Origin: Fimbriosthenelais zetlandica
Lineage: Eukaryota
Length of the DNA: 64,000 bases
Assembly: GCA_977030845.1 (NCBI GenBank)
Contig: OZ365115.1
Coordinates: forward strand, 29,326,001-29,390,000
Direction of reading: 5' to 3'
Position 1 is the first letter of the stretch. Each line of letters starts with the position of its first letter. Under the pieces are notes generated by a model. The model did no database searches and was not told the DNA's origin. It saw only the letters and a program-made list of their open reading frames with translations. A program made the translations under genes and the position numbers. Below, one piece after another: positions 12,005-32,900 of the stretch.

Positions 12005-15000
12005 GAATAACATAGACCAGGTAAAAACTGTTGTGCATGATCCCTTCTGCCTACACCAATAGAAAGTGTCGTCCTATATAACCTACCCCCTACTGATTTA
12101 ACATTTTCCTATCATGAACTCGGGGATGCCAGTTTTCTAGAAGGCCTAATCCAAAATTGCAAATAAATAAATCTGGAATCTATATGCAAATTCTCACTTA
12201 TGAATAGATTAAATCTGATTGCTAGGATGTACTTTGCATTCACAGTCATTTGCTTGATAGAGAACTTTACCAGCCTAGATCAGATGTCTGTCTGTCCGCT
12301 TGATTCACTCACTCAGGGTGTGCTTAAAACTAGGTGGGAACATTTAATCTGTACTTTAAGATGGCGACCCAGATGGGAGTGCTCTGAGGGTCGCCTTCCC
12401 GGAGTCAATATGAAGCTGCATGTGAAAAGCTGCACATGGCTGGCTGTACATTCAGTCAAGCTCTCTCATTGTTTGGAAATAATTTACATTCTGTAGTGAT
12501 TGAGATTCTATTCACCTTTCTGGCATCCCTGAGATCTGAGATCTGTGCTCGTTATGTTATTGAGAAACAACTAATTGATTTTGTGATTTTCATCTAGTAC
12601 CCTTCTGGAACATCCTTCCTTTCCTTCATTTTGAGTATATATGGTGCATGGTCTTTCTCTCTCTCCTCATTCTAGCTATGGTGGTTTGGTCTCTTTAACC
12701 TGTGATATTTCATCATGGATTTTACCTGCTGGTGGTGGTTTTGTTATAGTGTATAATATATATATATATGATCATCTTTCAAATTGAGTTGCTTAAGTCC
12801 AAATGTTTTGGGGAAACTAGATCATATGGATATTTTAGATCCGACCTATATTTTTAAGGACCAGGACGTGTTTCCCATAGTGGGATTTAGGGTTCATAGT
12901 TTAAGGAGTGGGTTTGTGGGGTAGGTAATGCACAGTAATTTACCTATGAAGATATAAGCAAGGATGATGGGCTTCATTTAGATGGCATAGCCTTATACCT
13001 TACTGGTTGATATTTAGTGATATTTAGTGATATCTAGTGATATTTAAATGACCTTTTCCTTTGTTCCAGGTGTGTCGCTTTAATGGGCAAACCTATTGAT
13101 TGGCCCACCCAGTGAAACATGGATTTTATTATGCAGTGGCTGCACTTTCAGTTACAACACTTAAGTATAAACGTTTAATACACATTGATTATCAACATCT
13201 TAACTTAAAAGAAAGCCAATGTTTAACATCAAATCGTAACAATTGTTTGTTAACTCTCGGCATGATTGCTAACAAACTCAATGGAGGGCGCCGCGCCCAG
13301 CGTTTCTTTATACTTCTTTAATTTTAATCTGGAAAACAGTCATCCAACCGTCCATCAACTGGATTAGTGTATTCTATGTTCTAGCAGAGAAGTGACTAAT
13401 TTAGTGGAATGATTACATTTAAACCTTGTGGAGGGGACTGAAGACAATTTAAGTGTTTCAATGTGATTTATGATTTAATATTTTTTAAGCCATGTGAAAT
13501 CATTCGGGCTCATAAATGAATATGAGCCCAACAAAAATCAAAGGAATGTTTGTTCATCATTCATGCATACGATATGTGTGAAGTATAAGAATGCGTCTGC
13601 TGTCATCTATGTCTCATATGTATATTATGTATGCTTGCATTTGCCACATTGTGTATATTCATATGTATGGTTGCGTGATAAATGCTAATGTTTACCGGTA
13701 AACTTTTAAAACTTGTGGCCATAGTCCGAGATTAAGATCAAGTCTCATAGTTGCTATATAATCAACGAAGAAAACTTGTCACGTTGATTAGTGTGTAAAA
13801 ACAATTCAATTATGTGTTATTTGACTTTAAAGAATGTGAAGATACAAGATCCCATGGAAATAGTGGAGAATCCCATGAAATGCCTATATGCTATAATGGG
13901 GTTGGATATAAATAATGGCAAAATGGCTATGAGCGGTGGGGTGCGGAATATTCTCAAATATATTGAGTTTTGGCATCAATAATGGTTTTATTGTTGAGAA
14001 GTATTAAAGGTAGGATATAGCCACATCAAGTTTAAATACATAACTAATGCATTGCCTGTGTATATTGTAGATATGCCTGTAAGTGTCTTATTTTTCCCAT
14101 TTTGATATGAACTGTTTGGAGGGATAATTTCTCTCAGGCTTGAGCACTTATATAACCTGGGGTGTATTTATGTTTCACCATATATAATAATCTCACCCAT
14201 TTCTTAATTTTCTTTGTTTTGTTTTGTTCTAAAACCATGATATTAGTTTATTAGGGTCACTGAAATTGGACTTGAGAACTGAAATTTGTGACTCTTGATA
14301 TGGAGTTGGCCATTCTTGTTGGCAGTTTTCACTCAGTTGTATATTCTCACATCATGGTTATGATAGTTTATGAGCTTGTTATGAGTTTTGTTATGTGATC
14401 TATGATACTGATATTGTATGATAATATGCTATAGACGAGTTAGGATTCGTTGCGCTTGCCTGACAGTTTAGCTAAGAGTATGGGAGAGGGGCAGGTTGGA
14501 GAGGGGGCGAGCAAGCTATTCCATGTTTAATATGGCAGATTTAAAAAAAAAACTTAGACAATACTAGATCGTGTTTCTTTATATTTTGATGGATAAATAG
14601 TATTATGTCTGCACCAATAAATTCCAGGAAAATGTGTTGCGGTAGATACTAGTCATCATCTTAAAATAACTAACACAACGGAAACCCGTTTAATAAAGGG
14701 GGAGGGGTGCGGGGTGAGTAAGGAAGATGGGTGGGAGGATTTGCTTGGCTGAGTGTCTCACTAGAATTTAATTGGTGCTCCATGTTCCTATTTTGTAAAT
14801 AAATCAATACAATTTTATATTAACTGCCATATGAGACAAAAGTGGATGGTTCTGTATTTAAAAAACTCAATAATCCAATGGGATTTGGGCCAGGAACTAT
14901 TTTGCTGGGAAGAGATGGAATTTATTATGCTTTCTTTTATGCCCAATGGCTTTTCCAGGTACTTTTGCATTCTTTGTCAATTAATTATTACTAGGTACCA

Positions 15001-16365
15001 TTGACGATCTAATTTAGATTCATAAATTGATCATTGTGTTTTATGTATTTCCAATAGCAATTTCTACTATAATGGCACCAGCATAATTATTATGCTGACT
15101 TAAAAAAATGACTTTCATTATATCACTAGATCAGTATTACTTGTTCTAATAATAAAATTCTACACATCCCTGGGATGAGTTGTTGTGTTATATACTGGAA
15201 TAAATTCAAAACAGGAATCCGAGTAGAGATTGGCAACTTTTCTTTTGCAATACAGTCCATACATCCTCATATCATAGAATACCAGAAGTATGATAAATAC
15301 ACATCAAGAAAAGAGCAACAAGTTCAATATATTAATAACCTCCAATATCTCCTCCCCAGACGTCAAGATTCGACAATGAATGAAGCATTACTAACCCCTT
15401 GTCTTCCTTACCATTCAGGCCAACTTTTGAACTTTTTATATCATGAAAAAAGTCCATTTCAAGTGTCAACATACCAAGTGCAATGTATCCGAGTATAATA
15501 TAGTAAGAATTCTTACAAAAATGTTTTTGATCAAATAGCATCAAAATTATACAGAATACTGATAAAATGATAGAATGGAAAGGCGATATTTCCATATATG
15601 GTCCTAGTGTCTCCTTAACTTCTTAATTCACCTGGCGACACAAAAACATTACTGAGACAGTTACAGAATACGTTTTAACTCAGGGTTCGAACTATAATAA
15701 TAGATATTACTTTTAACCCAGAACTCTCAATATACTATATTGAGTATAAGAATAAAAAAACCCACTGCTTTCATAATATTATTCTATTAAAGGAAAATAC
15801 ATTAATACTTGCATTGTGTTACCATGAAAACACATGGTTAAAGCATAGTGTACGCAGACGTTTTGAATTAGAAATTCAGCATTTATACAAAAACAAATGT
15901 CCCATAAATAAGTCTCTGTGACATGACAAGAGAGGGGAGCAAATAGTAACCATGACTACTCAGTAAATTATATGCTCCCCTTGTCTCTATTGAATAAAAC
16001 ACAACAAAGCATTCAAACGAAGCTTTCAACATTGAACATTTTTTCAAGACTACTCAGATCATTCAGGCAAGGGACGAACCTAAGAGTTCTTGAATGTACA
16101 TGACGAGTATATAATTATATAAGTTGAATACTTGAATGTACTCCATTTGGTCATTGTAAACTCAGCTCAACTAAATGCTAGTAACCCCTAAGGGATTTCT
16201 CGAGTAATAAACAAAACTCAATTTACAAATCTGAACAAAACAATCAATATCTTCACATTGATATACCAACCAAAATCATTATATTCTAACTGAACGCTAA
16301 TAACTCCTAAATAATGAACAACATCAGAAACTTGACTGGAAACATGGAATCAGTCACATTTCTGT

Positions 16366-16421
16366 CCCTCCCACTTTCCCATTTCCCCCACCTCCCTCCC
16401 ACTTTCCCATTTTCCCCCTAC

Positions 16422-16422
<1 letters not shown>
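16366..16422 (-). repeat. Two-copy ~29-bp G-rich tandem repeat directly after the PIK3CA stop
   Basis: The - strand reads GGTAGGGGGAAAATGGGAAAGTGGGAGGGAGGTGGGGGAAATGGGAAAGTGGGAGGG. Confidence 0.8.
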
Positions 16423-23817
<7,395 letters not shown>

Positions 23818-26481
23818 CTTACCCCGCCTGGCTGCAAGGCGACAAGGCCTTGACTGAAACATTAAAATAAACATAGAAATTGAAAACCAGGGTTCCCAAG
23901 AGTAGACAATATGATCGGAATGGATACTCCATCTAAGTTCCTAGTATTTCATGGAGACCAAATTTCCTAATTTTTCTTTAAATAGTGATTACTTGGACCT
24001 ATTTCCATTTTGAAGTATCTTCTGACAATTAAACCTAAAACGAACCGTATTCGCTGTGAGATCACAATTACACGGAGAAAATAGTGAACAGAAATGAACG
24101 AAAGTTTAAAAATGTCGCCAGATGGAAATACCCGATTACACCTATTTAAATGCGGAGAAAGGATTTTCTGGAGGTCTTCCATGGATGAGCGGGAGGGGGT
24201 TTCCCTCCCCAGCCCCGCCCACTAAAAAGGGCCCGAGGTACTAAATTTAAAGCGAGAACGTAACTCCAGTGTGTTATGGTCTACAAAGGAAGACACCTGT
24301 CTGCTGTTCCCCGTCCTCGTTCCAGTTCATGCATCCTTGATTATCGCATTTTCTATTCTATCATAAGGGAAAGTGGGTCGAGACGCTAGAAATATAGGCC
24401 TACTGATGGAAGTCAATAACAACATTTTAGATCAAATATGAACTGATGAAATGGCCATGCAACACTGTTTTGCCGAAAAATTTCTCTCGAAATTATATTC
24501 ACTCATTTGTATTATATCCTGAAGATGTGTCTAAATTAGCCATAAAACCTAACCGAGTGATTAAAATGTCAACTTTTAAATTTAGTGTTTAACACAAATC
24601 ATCATCTGAAACACCTATGCACACCTGTTTCAAAACACACGTTACTTTCTTGATAATTTAAATAAAGACATGTTTGTAGTCTCTCAACAGATTTAACTTT
24701 TAAGGTGTTTTTATACAAACTTTACATTAGTTTCATGAGTGAAGATTTTATATATAATAGAACAAACACGTGCTTCTATGTTTATGAACCATGACCTTAA
24801 CATCAATGATCCTCCTCTCTGATTCTCTAATCTCGTTCACCTTTTCTCAGATTTATACTTGTTAACTCACGTATAACGTGACTGTCTCATCTCTAGACCA
24901 AAACACATTCCAAACCGAACCAAAGACAAACTTAAGAGTGACATCAACAAATTAAACTTGAACATTTTTACCTTACATGCCGCTTTGGCCATGGACGTGG
25001 CTACAACATGGTTCCCTCCTCGTATACTATTCCCTGAGAATTATTTCAACTTTTCCCAGTAAAAATCCCATGACAGAAACTCGTTGTATAAATCAGAAGT
25101 GTTCTGTACCAAAAACGGAAGTCATGTGTTCTGTGTGGGCAGATCTTATGGCTTGTGGGTTGAACTGTATTCTTGCATGAATGAAAAAAATGCCATGATA
25201 CATAACATTGTATTGTAATGAGTACCAGCCGGGCCATGAGGTATGACAAACAAGCCACTTCATTTAATCAAATCAGTTTTTGGGCCAAGTATATTTAGCA
25301 CCAAACGATAAGCATGCCTTGTGAATGGCTAAGATACTTGTGATATCTATCACTTCAATGAATGGATATATGATAATATTTGCTTATCACTACATGAACA
25401 CAGGCGGAACAAGATATTGAAAGGGGGGTGGGGTTAAAATCCAACGACGGAAAAGGGGTGGGCGGGGGGTATGTTTAGACTTGGGGTCCAAAGAAATTAC
25501 TATTTGAGCGAGAAAATAAACATATCGACGAAGCGCGGGGGGCCCTAAACCTATCCTGCTGATCCGCCACTGATGTATCTCAATCTTCCAATTATCTCAT
25601 TTTTGGATTTCAGAGTCAGAGGTAACAGGAAGAAATCCCATGGTACATCCGTGTTCGATTTAAATTCTAAGAGCATTTAAGTTACTACATAAGGGACAGG
25701 ACAACCAATGTCGGAAAGAATGCCCTCCAAAGCCACACTTCTGAAAGGTTCTTTAAAAAAAGTTTAATATACAGAACATGAGAGGACACAAAAGGAAGAA
25801 AGCTGCGCCCAAGGCAGTCCCTGGATCAGACCTGAAGATTCCAAGGAAGAGGAACTTAGTATTACTTAAAAAAACATTCAGCTCGGTTTCTCGCTATTGC
25901 CATATTTCCCAAACATTTGTTTGCAACCACTTGATATTATAGCAAGGCTCTGACTAACTTAAAACTTCCTTGTGTATACTTATTTTGCCAAGTGTTTCAC
26001 AATACTAGCAGACGTTCTAAACATCCGTGACAAAAATTTAAGTTTTTTAAAATGTATTTTCTTTGAGCTGTTCGTCGTATTTAGCCCACCGATCTCGCTT
26101 GACTTGGCACGATGAATGCTTATAGCATTCTATAGCTAAAAAGGTTTGTAAGTTTGAGTAAGGGATTGATAATAGTACTTCCGGGACAGAATCATAGGAT
26201 GAAGAAATTAAACAGTCAACATGTAATTGCATGCAATTACTGATATTTGATTTCCCTCCTCTCTTCTTTCTCCATCTATCTCTCTCCCTCCATTTCTTTC
26301 TTCCTCTAGGTTCTCTCACCTTGAAATTCTAGGGCCTTCCTACTGTCCTACCTCCTCTCTGCTTTCTCCATCTACCTCTCTCCCTCCCATTTCTTATTTC
26401 CTCCTCTCCTTGAAAATCTATGACCTTCCTACCTTCTCTCTTCTTTCTTCATCTAGCTCTCTCCCTCTAATTTCTCTCCCT

Positions 26482-26499
26482 CTAGCTTCTCTCCCCCCC

Positions 26500-26532
<33 letters not shown>
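26482..26532. repeat. Poly-C plus (CT)n microsatellite inside a pyrimidine-rich tract
   Basis: Read directly from the sequence. Confidence 0.85.
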
Positions 26533-27012
26533 CATATATCTGGACCTGCCTATTTTTTCCACAATAACAGATGGATTCAGCCACTTACTTAAATGTACAC
26601 ATATGATGTTTAACACATATCTATGTAACCTACTGATTGCCACTTGGTTTATACTGAGGAAACAGATGTTGAAATATGACGTATGTGAGCGGTGTGTACC
26701 TGGATCCCCTAGACACTGATTAGAGACACGGCTTTGTAACACACAAGCTGGTGTCTCACTCAGACCACAGGCAAGAAGTCACTGGAGGAAATAGTTTTTT
26801 AAACCTATTTCCTCCTCCTTAAAACAACTGTGCATAGTTTAAATGTATACAAAACTGTATGTCCATTTATATCCCATTATAATCATTAAATTTATATATA
26901 TTAAGATAAAATTAAAAGGTAATTTACTAAGTTAGTAAATAAATCAATGAGTAAATGGATGAGTGAAGTGGGCATGAAAGTGTATGAATGAATGACTGAG
27001 TGAGGATCGAGT

Positions 27013-27120
27013 GTATGAATGAGTGCACGAATGAATGAGTGCACGAATGAATGAGTGCACGAATGAATGAATGAATGAATGAATGAATGAATGAATGAAT
27101 GAATGAATGAATGAATGAAT
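27013..27120. repeat. (GAAT)n microsatellite preceded by a 16-bp derived unit
   Basis: Pure GAAT array at 27061-27120; about three copies of GAATGAATGAGTGCAC upstream. Confidence 0.9.
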
Positions 27121-28099
27121 TCATAGAGGTAAAATAGTTACACAATCTAAGGATTCATGGTACACATTACCATTGGATTCTTCAATCTTGTGGAATTGCC
27201 CTATCATGGTATATATCATTGTGAAACTAGAATGACAACCTTAATTTATTAACCACAGAAAAAAGTTGTTTGGGACAATTTTCCACAAGGGAGAGGTTAT
27301 GAAACTAGGTTTAATAGAACAATTCAACACGTCGGGGTTAGAATGTCACATTTGCCCTGCTAGAGTAAGGCGAGGTAAGGCTGGTAAAGTGGAGCACAAT
27401 AGCAGCAATAAATGAGAACATGTTTGTGGAGGGGTCGGGGCATGGTGGCACCCAAGTCATTATCCCATATGTATAAACATATAACATGTGCAGCAATGAA
27501 ATGCGGTACACATATATCAGTGTCTAAATTATAAATAGGTTGCCACTAACTAAAACTATAAACTCTATAGCATAATAGGGCAGGGCAATACCGGTAACAG
27601 AACTTCTACCCAATAGGCTTACCCTAATTAAATTCCCTGATAAATTTATTGTAATGTTTATATACATTTTTCACAATTTGATTCAATGGGCTTACAGTAC
27701 CAGGAGATAGAATTAGAAGTGTTATCAAAAAGTCATAGAAAATAAATTATGTTTAATTTAGCAATTGGAGGCAATGTTGGGGCACTGCTAGTCAAGTCAA
27801 TTGACTGAATAAAATAAATGTCAATTAGGCCTATAAATTACAATAGGCTAGGCCTATGGCTATGCCTACATCATGAGGTTCAATTTTTAATAAACAATTC
27901 TTATTCTGTACAGGCACCTCGTGGGGTTCATTCAACCCGGATGTCTGAACTGAGGCTGGAAGAGGAGGAGCAGCGAGGCCGGGAATCACTCAAGTCAAGC
28001 CAGTCACATAACGTCTGGCCAGCCCGCCCAGCCTCAGCAGGGGAGAGAGGCCAATCCTGCAAGAGGGTCACCAGAAAATCCAGTAGAAATGAACACTTA

Positions 28100-29090
28100 C
28101 CTCGAACTATAGCAAAACTTTCAGTATCCTAGGGTCTTTCTATGAATAGGATAGTCTCAATCAGCATAGCGTTTAGATTCAGCTCATATTTACAGGCGCA
28201 ATACACAAGAAAATCGTAAACAACTTCCAAGATTTCGATATTATATCAGCTCCGCAGCGACGAAGGTCAAGGCCGAAGTTGTTTTTCAAGTGAGAAAAAA
28301 TAAATTCAATTCCTGTACAGTAGGTATGAATAGAAGATGGATTCAATCACTGAGGTGTTACCTGTGCCCGTGCCAGTTTTAATTATTTACTTACTTATAA
28401 GACGGATATTTCTGACCAATAGAAATTTTCATAGAAGTCACTAACAGTTCCGCCGAGTGCAAATTTTGCTTGTGTGTGGGGTCTTGAGGACACCCAGGCC
28501 GCATGCCGGCCAGGTCGAGGACTCCCTCTGTGATTGGCTGATATGATTGTGCGCTGGAAGAAAGTTTCCTTGATATATCGGATAATTTCACAGCCTGGAG
28601 GATTTATCTAGCAGATATCTTATTCTATCTATTATTTATCTATCAACTAGCCAAATAAGCACTTATTTAATGAGTTATTTGAACACATTACCAGGGAACT
28701 GATTACAGCAATACAGGGACGGATATTTCATGCGACAACTTTATTTTTGTGGCACAAGGTGGCGCCAAACTTGACTGAAAGTCAATGAAGTCCTGGAGAG
28801 GGTAAAGGGCAAATAACACCATAACAGTTGCCGAAATGGCGAGTTTTATATACCTGAGAAGTTTATCTAATACCTTCCAAGGATTTACCACAAGAGGAAT
28901 CCAGATAACATCACCGTGGTAAGAAATATTCCAATAAACACTCTATTATCGCTCACATGTAAACTGGCACTGTCTCAGCTGATCTGTGAATCATAATTTG
29001 GCCTGGTCAGGTCAGTCTTGAGCAAAGAGAAAAGTATGCCCACATATGGCACAAGTTCCAGACTTTATTTCGGATAACATAGATACGTAT
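28100..29090. promoter_or_regulatory. Probable bidirectional promoter between head-to-head PIK3CA and ABCB8
   Basis: A - strand donor (GTAAGT at 28100-28095) implies a PIK3CA 5'UTR exon. + strand donors lie near 28916 and at 29087. CCAAT-type boxes occur in both orientations near 28415 and 28535. Confidence 0.45.
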
Positions 29091-29150
29091 GCCAACTAAC
29101 AAATTATAATATAACTAGCGGTAAATATTATTAATTTATTAGTCTACTAA

Positions 29151-29800
29151 AGCCCCAGTCACACTGTCACGAATTTTACCACGAATCATCACGGATCAGC
29201 CTTCCTTGGCCATCCCTGATTAAACGTGGTCAACCGTAGGTGACATCCCTCATCATCCCTGGTCATCCCTAGTCATCCCTGGTGGTTCGCCAAAGTCTAC
29301 GATCTTCTACGAAAGTTTTGAAATGTTCAAAACTTCCGTAGCCACTCCACGATTCATTGACGGATGAATCAAACCTTAGTGGAAACTTAGCTCTTCCCTT
29401 CTAAACCCTAGAACCTCCCTGCTAAACCGTGAAACATTCGTGGTTATCCCTGGCCTTCCCTGAAGGTCCCTACGGCCTGTTTGGACCGTCAGAGTTCGTG
29501 AGAGTGTCGTGAGAAGTCTTAGGGCTACCGTGATGATACTTGGTTATAACCACGGACAACCGTATACATATCGTACATGATCCCTCATTTTCCCTGACAA
29601 TTCCTTCATGAAAACGTACTAAAACGCTGCAGAACTTGATGAAAACGTAGCAGATTAACCAAGCCCTCCTTGATTGCTCCGTATTACAATTCATGAGTGT
29701 GTGACTAGGGAGCCAATATACCACGGTTCATCCGTGGTTCATCCTTGGATTATAAACCGTGGCAATCCGTAGCTTCATTCGGGACAGTGTGACTGGGGCT
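29151..29800. mobile_element. 650-bp non-autonomous PIF/Harbinger-type element
   Basis: TIR AGCCCCAGTCACACTGTC(A/C)CGAAT with one mismatch, TAA TSD at 29148-29150 and 29801-29803, and internal CATCCCT and CCGTG/CACGG subterminal repeats. Confidence 0.85.
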
Positions 29801-29904
29801 TAACCTATGTATTAGACTGCCACCAGTTAGGCCTACCTATAATAGGCTATATTTTGCAAATATTCAGTGTTGTATTCTCTATTTTATTTAGGAACAGACC
29901 TGCA

Positions 29905-32900
29905 ATGAACCTTGTCGTTAAACATCCCATCATTAGGACATTACAAAAATGGACAACATCTAACCAACGCATGCTTGGTCGACATATCCATCTCACCCGC
30001 CAAGTTCCCAATAAAGTTAATATCAAGTCTTGTACCTCACGGATATTAACGGTATCACTTGGTTCAGGAATTAGCTTAGGTATAGTGGGATTCTCAAGGT
30101 TATGGACAAATCGAGCAAGTTGTGAACGAAACCCAAACAAAGTTGGTCGTTTAATTGGTCTCCAAGATAGCAGCAAATGCCCAGAACCCCAATTTCAATG
30201 GAACGAATTATTGAAGTTACTTTTACCAGAAGTATGGTATCTGATTGGAGCAATCGTGGTATGTATTCCTTTCTTATTTTTTTTTTAAAGGGATTTCTTC
30301 TCATGATATTGCGGTATAATATGTTCTATCATAATTCATGATCATAAAAATTCATGCATTGAAAATGAAATTTGGATTTTTTTCTTAACTTCATTAAATC
30401 CTGTCTTTTGACGCACAGAATATTCCTAAAGGAAGTTATATATTATTTATAAGCAGCGCTGTCTATATGAATTTTATATGAAAACCATCGGGTGGGAGTA
30501 GCTGGTGGTGGGTTGGAAACACAGGGCAGGCCGTAGCTTTCACACCTGCCTCAGACGCTCTGCCTATTGTATAGGGATTTGGGGTGGCGTGGGGGGAGGG
30601 GCTTACTAGGTTGGACGTGGGGTGGGGGGTTGTTACTGATCGTAGCTGGTGGTGTGTTCGAGGTAAAGGGCAGGCCTTAGCTTTCACACTAGCAGAAGAC
30701 GCTCTGCTGTGTCAATTGGAGAGGAAACTTGTGGGGAAGGGGGGTCATGAAACAGTCAGAAACATTCATGAAATTTCAAGCGAGACTGGCAGAAATTCTG
30801 TGGGGACCCTGTATGAGGTTATATTATATATATTGTAAGTCAGGTGAATTTGTTTGTTTTTCAGACTGCTCTAGCTGTAGCGTTAGTAAATATTCAGATA
30901 CCACTAATGCTGGGAGATGTGGTGAATGTGGTCTCACGGTATAGCACAGAGACAGCTGGTAACTTTCTAAATGACATGAAGGAACCAGCCAGTAAACTAG
31001 TCATCATGTATGGTGTGCAGGTACGAAGAAACTAAATATTAAATTAGAAATAAAATAAAATATAACTATTATTAACATTCCTAGAAACTATTCTGACAAA
31101 CGTCTCTATCACTATGATAGGCTAATCTAAAATGTCTATTGGTTGATGCTGTAGCCTGTGTAAATTCTCGTAGAAAATATATAATTTACATTGATTATGT
31201 ACTAGAGATGATAGGCCTAGTTATTTATATTTTCAATATTTGACACTATTTTGCAGAGTGTCCTCACATTTGCTTATATCACTTGTCTATCTAACGCTGG
31301 AGAGAGGATGGCTGCTCGATTGAGAAAAAGCCTCTTCAAGAACATCATATCTCAAGACGTCAGTTTTTTCGATGAGCATAAAACTGGAGAAATTATAAAT
31401 AGGTGAAAACTAATATGTTTAAATACGGTAGTTTAATATAAATTTAATTGTCGAGAGTTTTACCGATGCCATAGCATCCCTTTTAATAACGAAAGCTGAC
31501 TTGTGCTAAACTATCTATATATATATATATATCAAAAAATGAATGGCAAAAATGTGCTTTTCATTATTTATTGTGGAAGTACTTTCTCGCTTTTAAGCGA
31601 TCATCACACCAGTTTCTGCTAAAGTATGAAATAAATTACATATATATACACATTGTAATATACAGGCTTTGACATATAGTCCATTTTTACATGTTAGAAA
31701 GCTACAATGGGGCGTCATAGCCCAGGAAGCTATAGTTACTGGCTTCGTTATTATTCCCTGTTTAGGCTTGGTTTTAGCTTTTCAATGAAATAATGTTCTT
31801 TGACAGTTAATAGGTCATCATTTGACGAATGGACTTGATAAAATGGCATGACTCTCATTTTAATTTCATGTTGAGAGGCACATGCAGCAAAATGGCGACT
31901 ACAATAAAGAATAGCATTTTGTGGGTTGTTTACGTGAGATCTGTGGTTATTCAGTCTAAATCTCAGAGCAGTTTTAGTCTTACCAATGTAATATTGTTTA
32001 CAACCTTGGCAAATTAGCACATATAATACATTGCTTGAGTTACAGTTAAGTGCTGACTGTACTTTGAAGTTGAAATTAGCTTTATGGAAATTAAATGATT
32101 CGCCTTCTATGATATATTTACATGCAAGGCATCTTGCTTGACCACATTTAGTAACACCTACAGTTTGGCAGGTGTTCTCAAACTTCGCCCTAGTTAGTAG
32201 TTTTTTAAGATTGGGGGCTTGCCTCTTGCCATTAATAAATGTTGTGTTGTTCATAATCTGTTTCATAATGTCATTGTTTTCCATGATGGTCATGTTGTCT
32301 TTTAGGGTTTTGAACATGTTACAGTGTTTTGGGTTCATTGTGTTGACAAAAGTTAAAGTGTTTGTATTTTCTTGAACCCTCTCAGTGTTTGGAGAACGTA
32401 ATTCCTCCATGCGAAGTGATTTAGCTTTTTCTATTCCTGCATCTATGAGGGTGGTTGGGTATTTCCGTTTGAGAAGGTATTGGTGGAGCTCCAATAGTCT
32501 TTCATCTCTGAGAGGAATATCACTTACTATGGTGCAGATGCGTCTTGCTAAGTTATATGGGATATTGGTTTTAGTGTGTCTGGGATGGCAAGAGAAGAAA
32601 TTAAGATATGATTTTGTGTCTGTAGGTTTGTAGTAGATATCTGTCACAATGTCATTGTCTTTTCGTTTGATTAGGATATCTAGAAAAGCTATTTCCTCCC
32701 TGTTGGTTTCCATGGTGAATTTAAGGTGTTCATTCAAATTGTTTAATATGTCTTTGAATTCTATTGCATTGCCCTGGGTGTCATCCCATATGATGAAGCA
32801 GTCATCTAAATACCGTTTGAAGTTGTTTTCTATATATGTACGGTATCTCTGGTTGTATTTGATTTCGACTTCTGAGTATAGTTTGGTCTCTAGGTAGCCT

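Noticed and set aside
12200-15595. Short ORFs between the sushi and PIK3CA stop codons
   Set aside because: Composition fits convergent AT-rich 3'UTR or intergenic DNA; no coherent exon chain.
26927-27145. HSFI-repeat ORF
   Set aside because: Translation of the (GAAT)n microsatellite.
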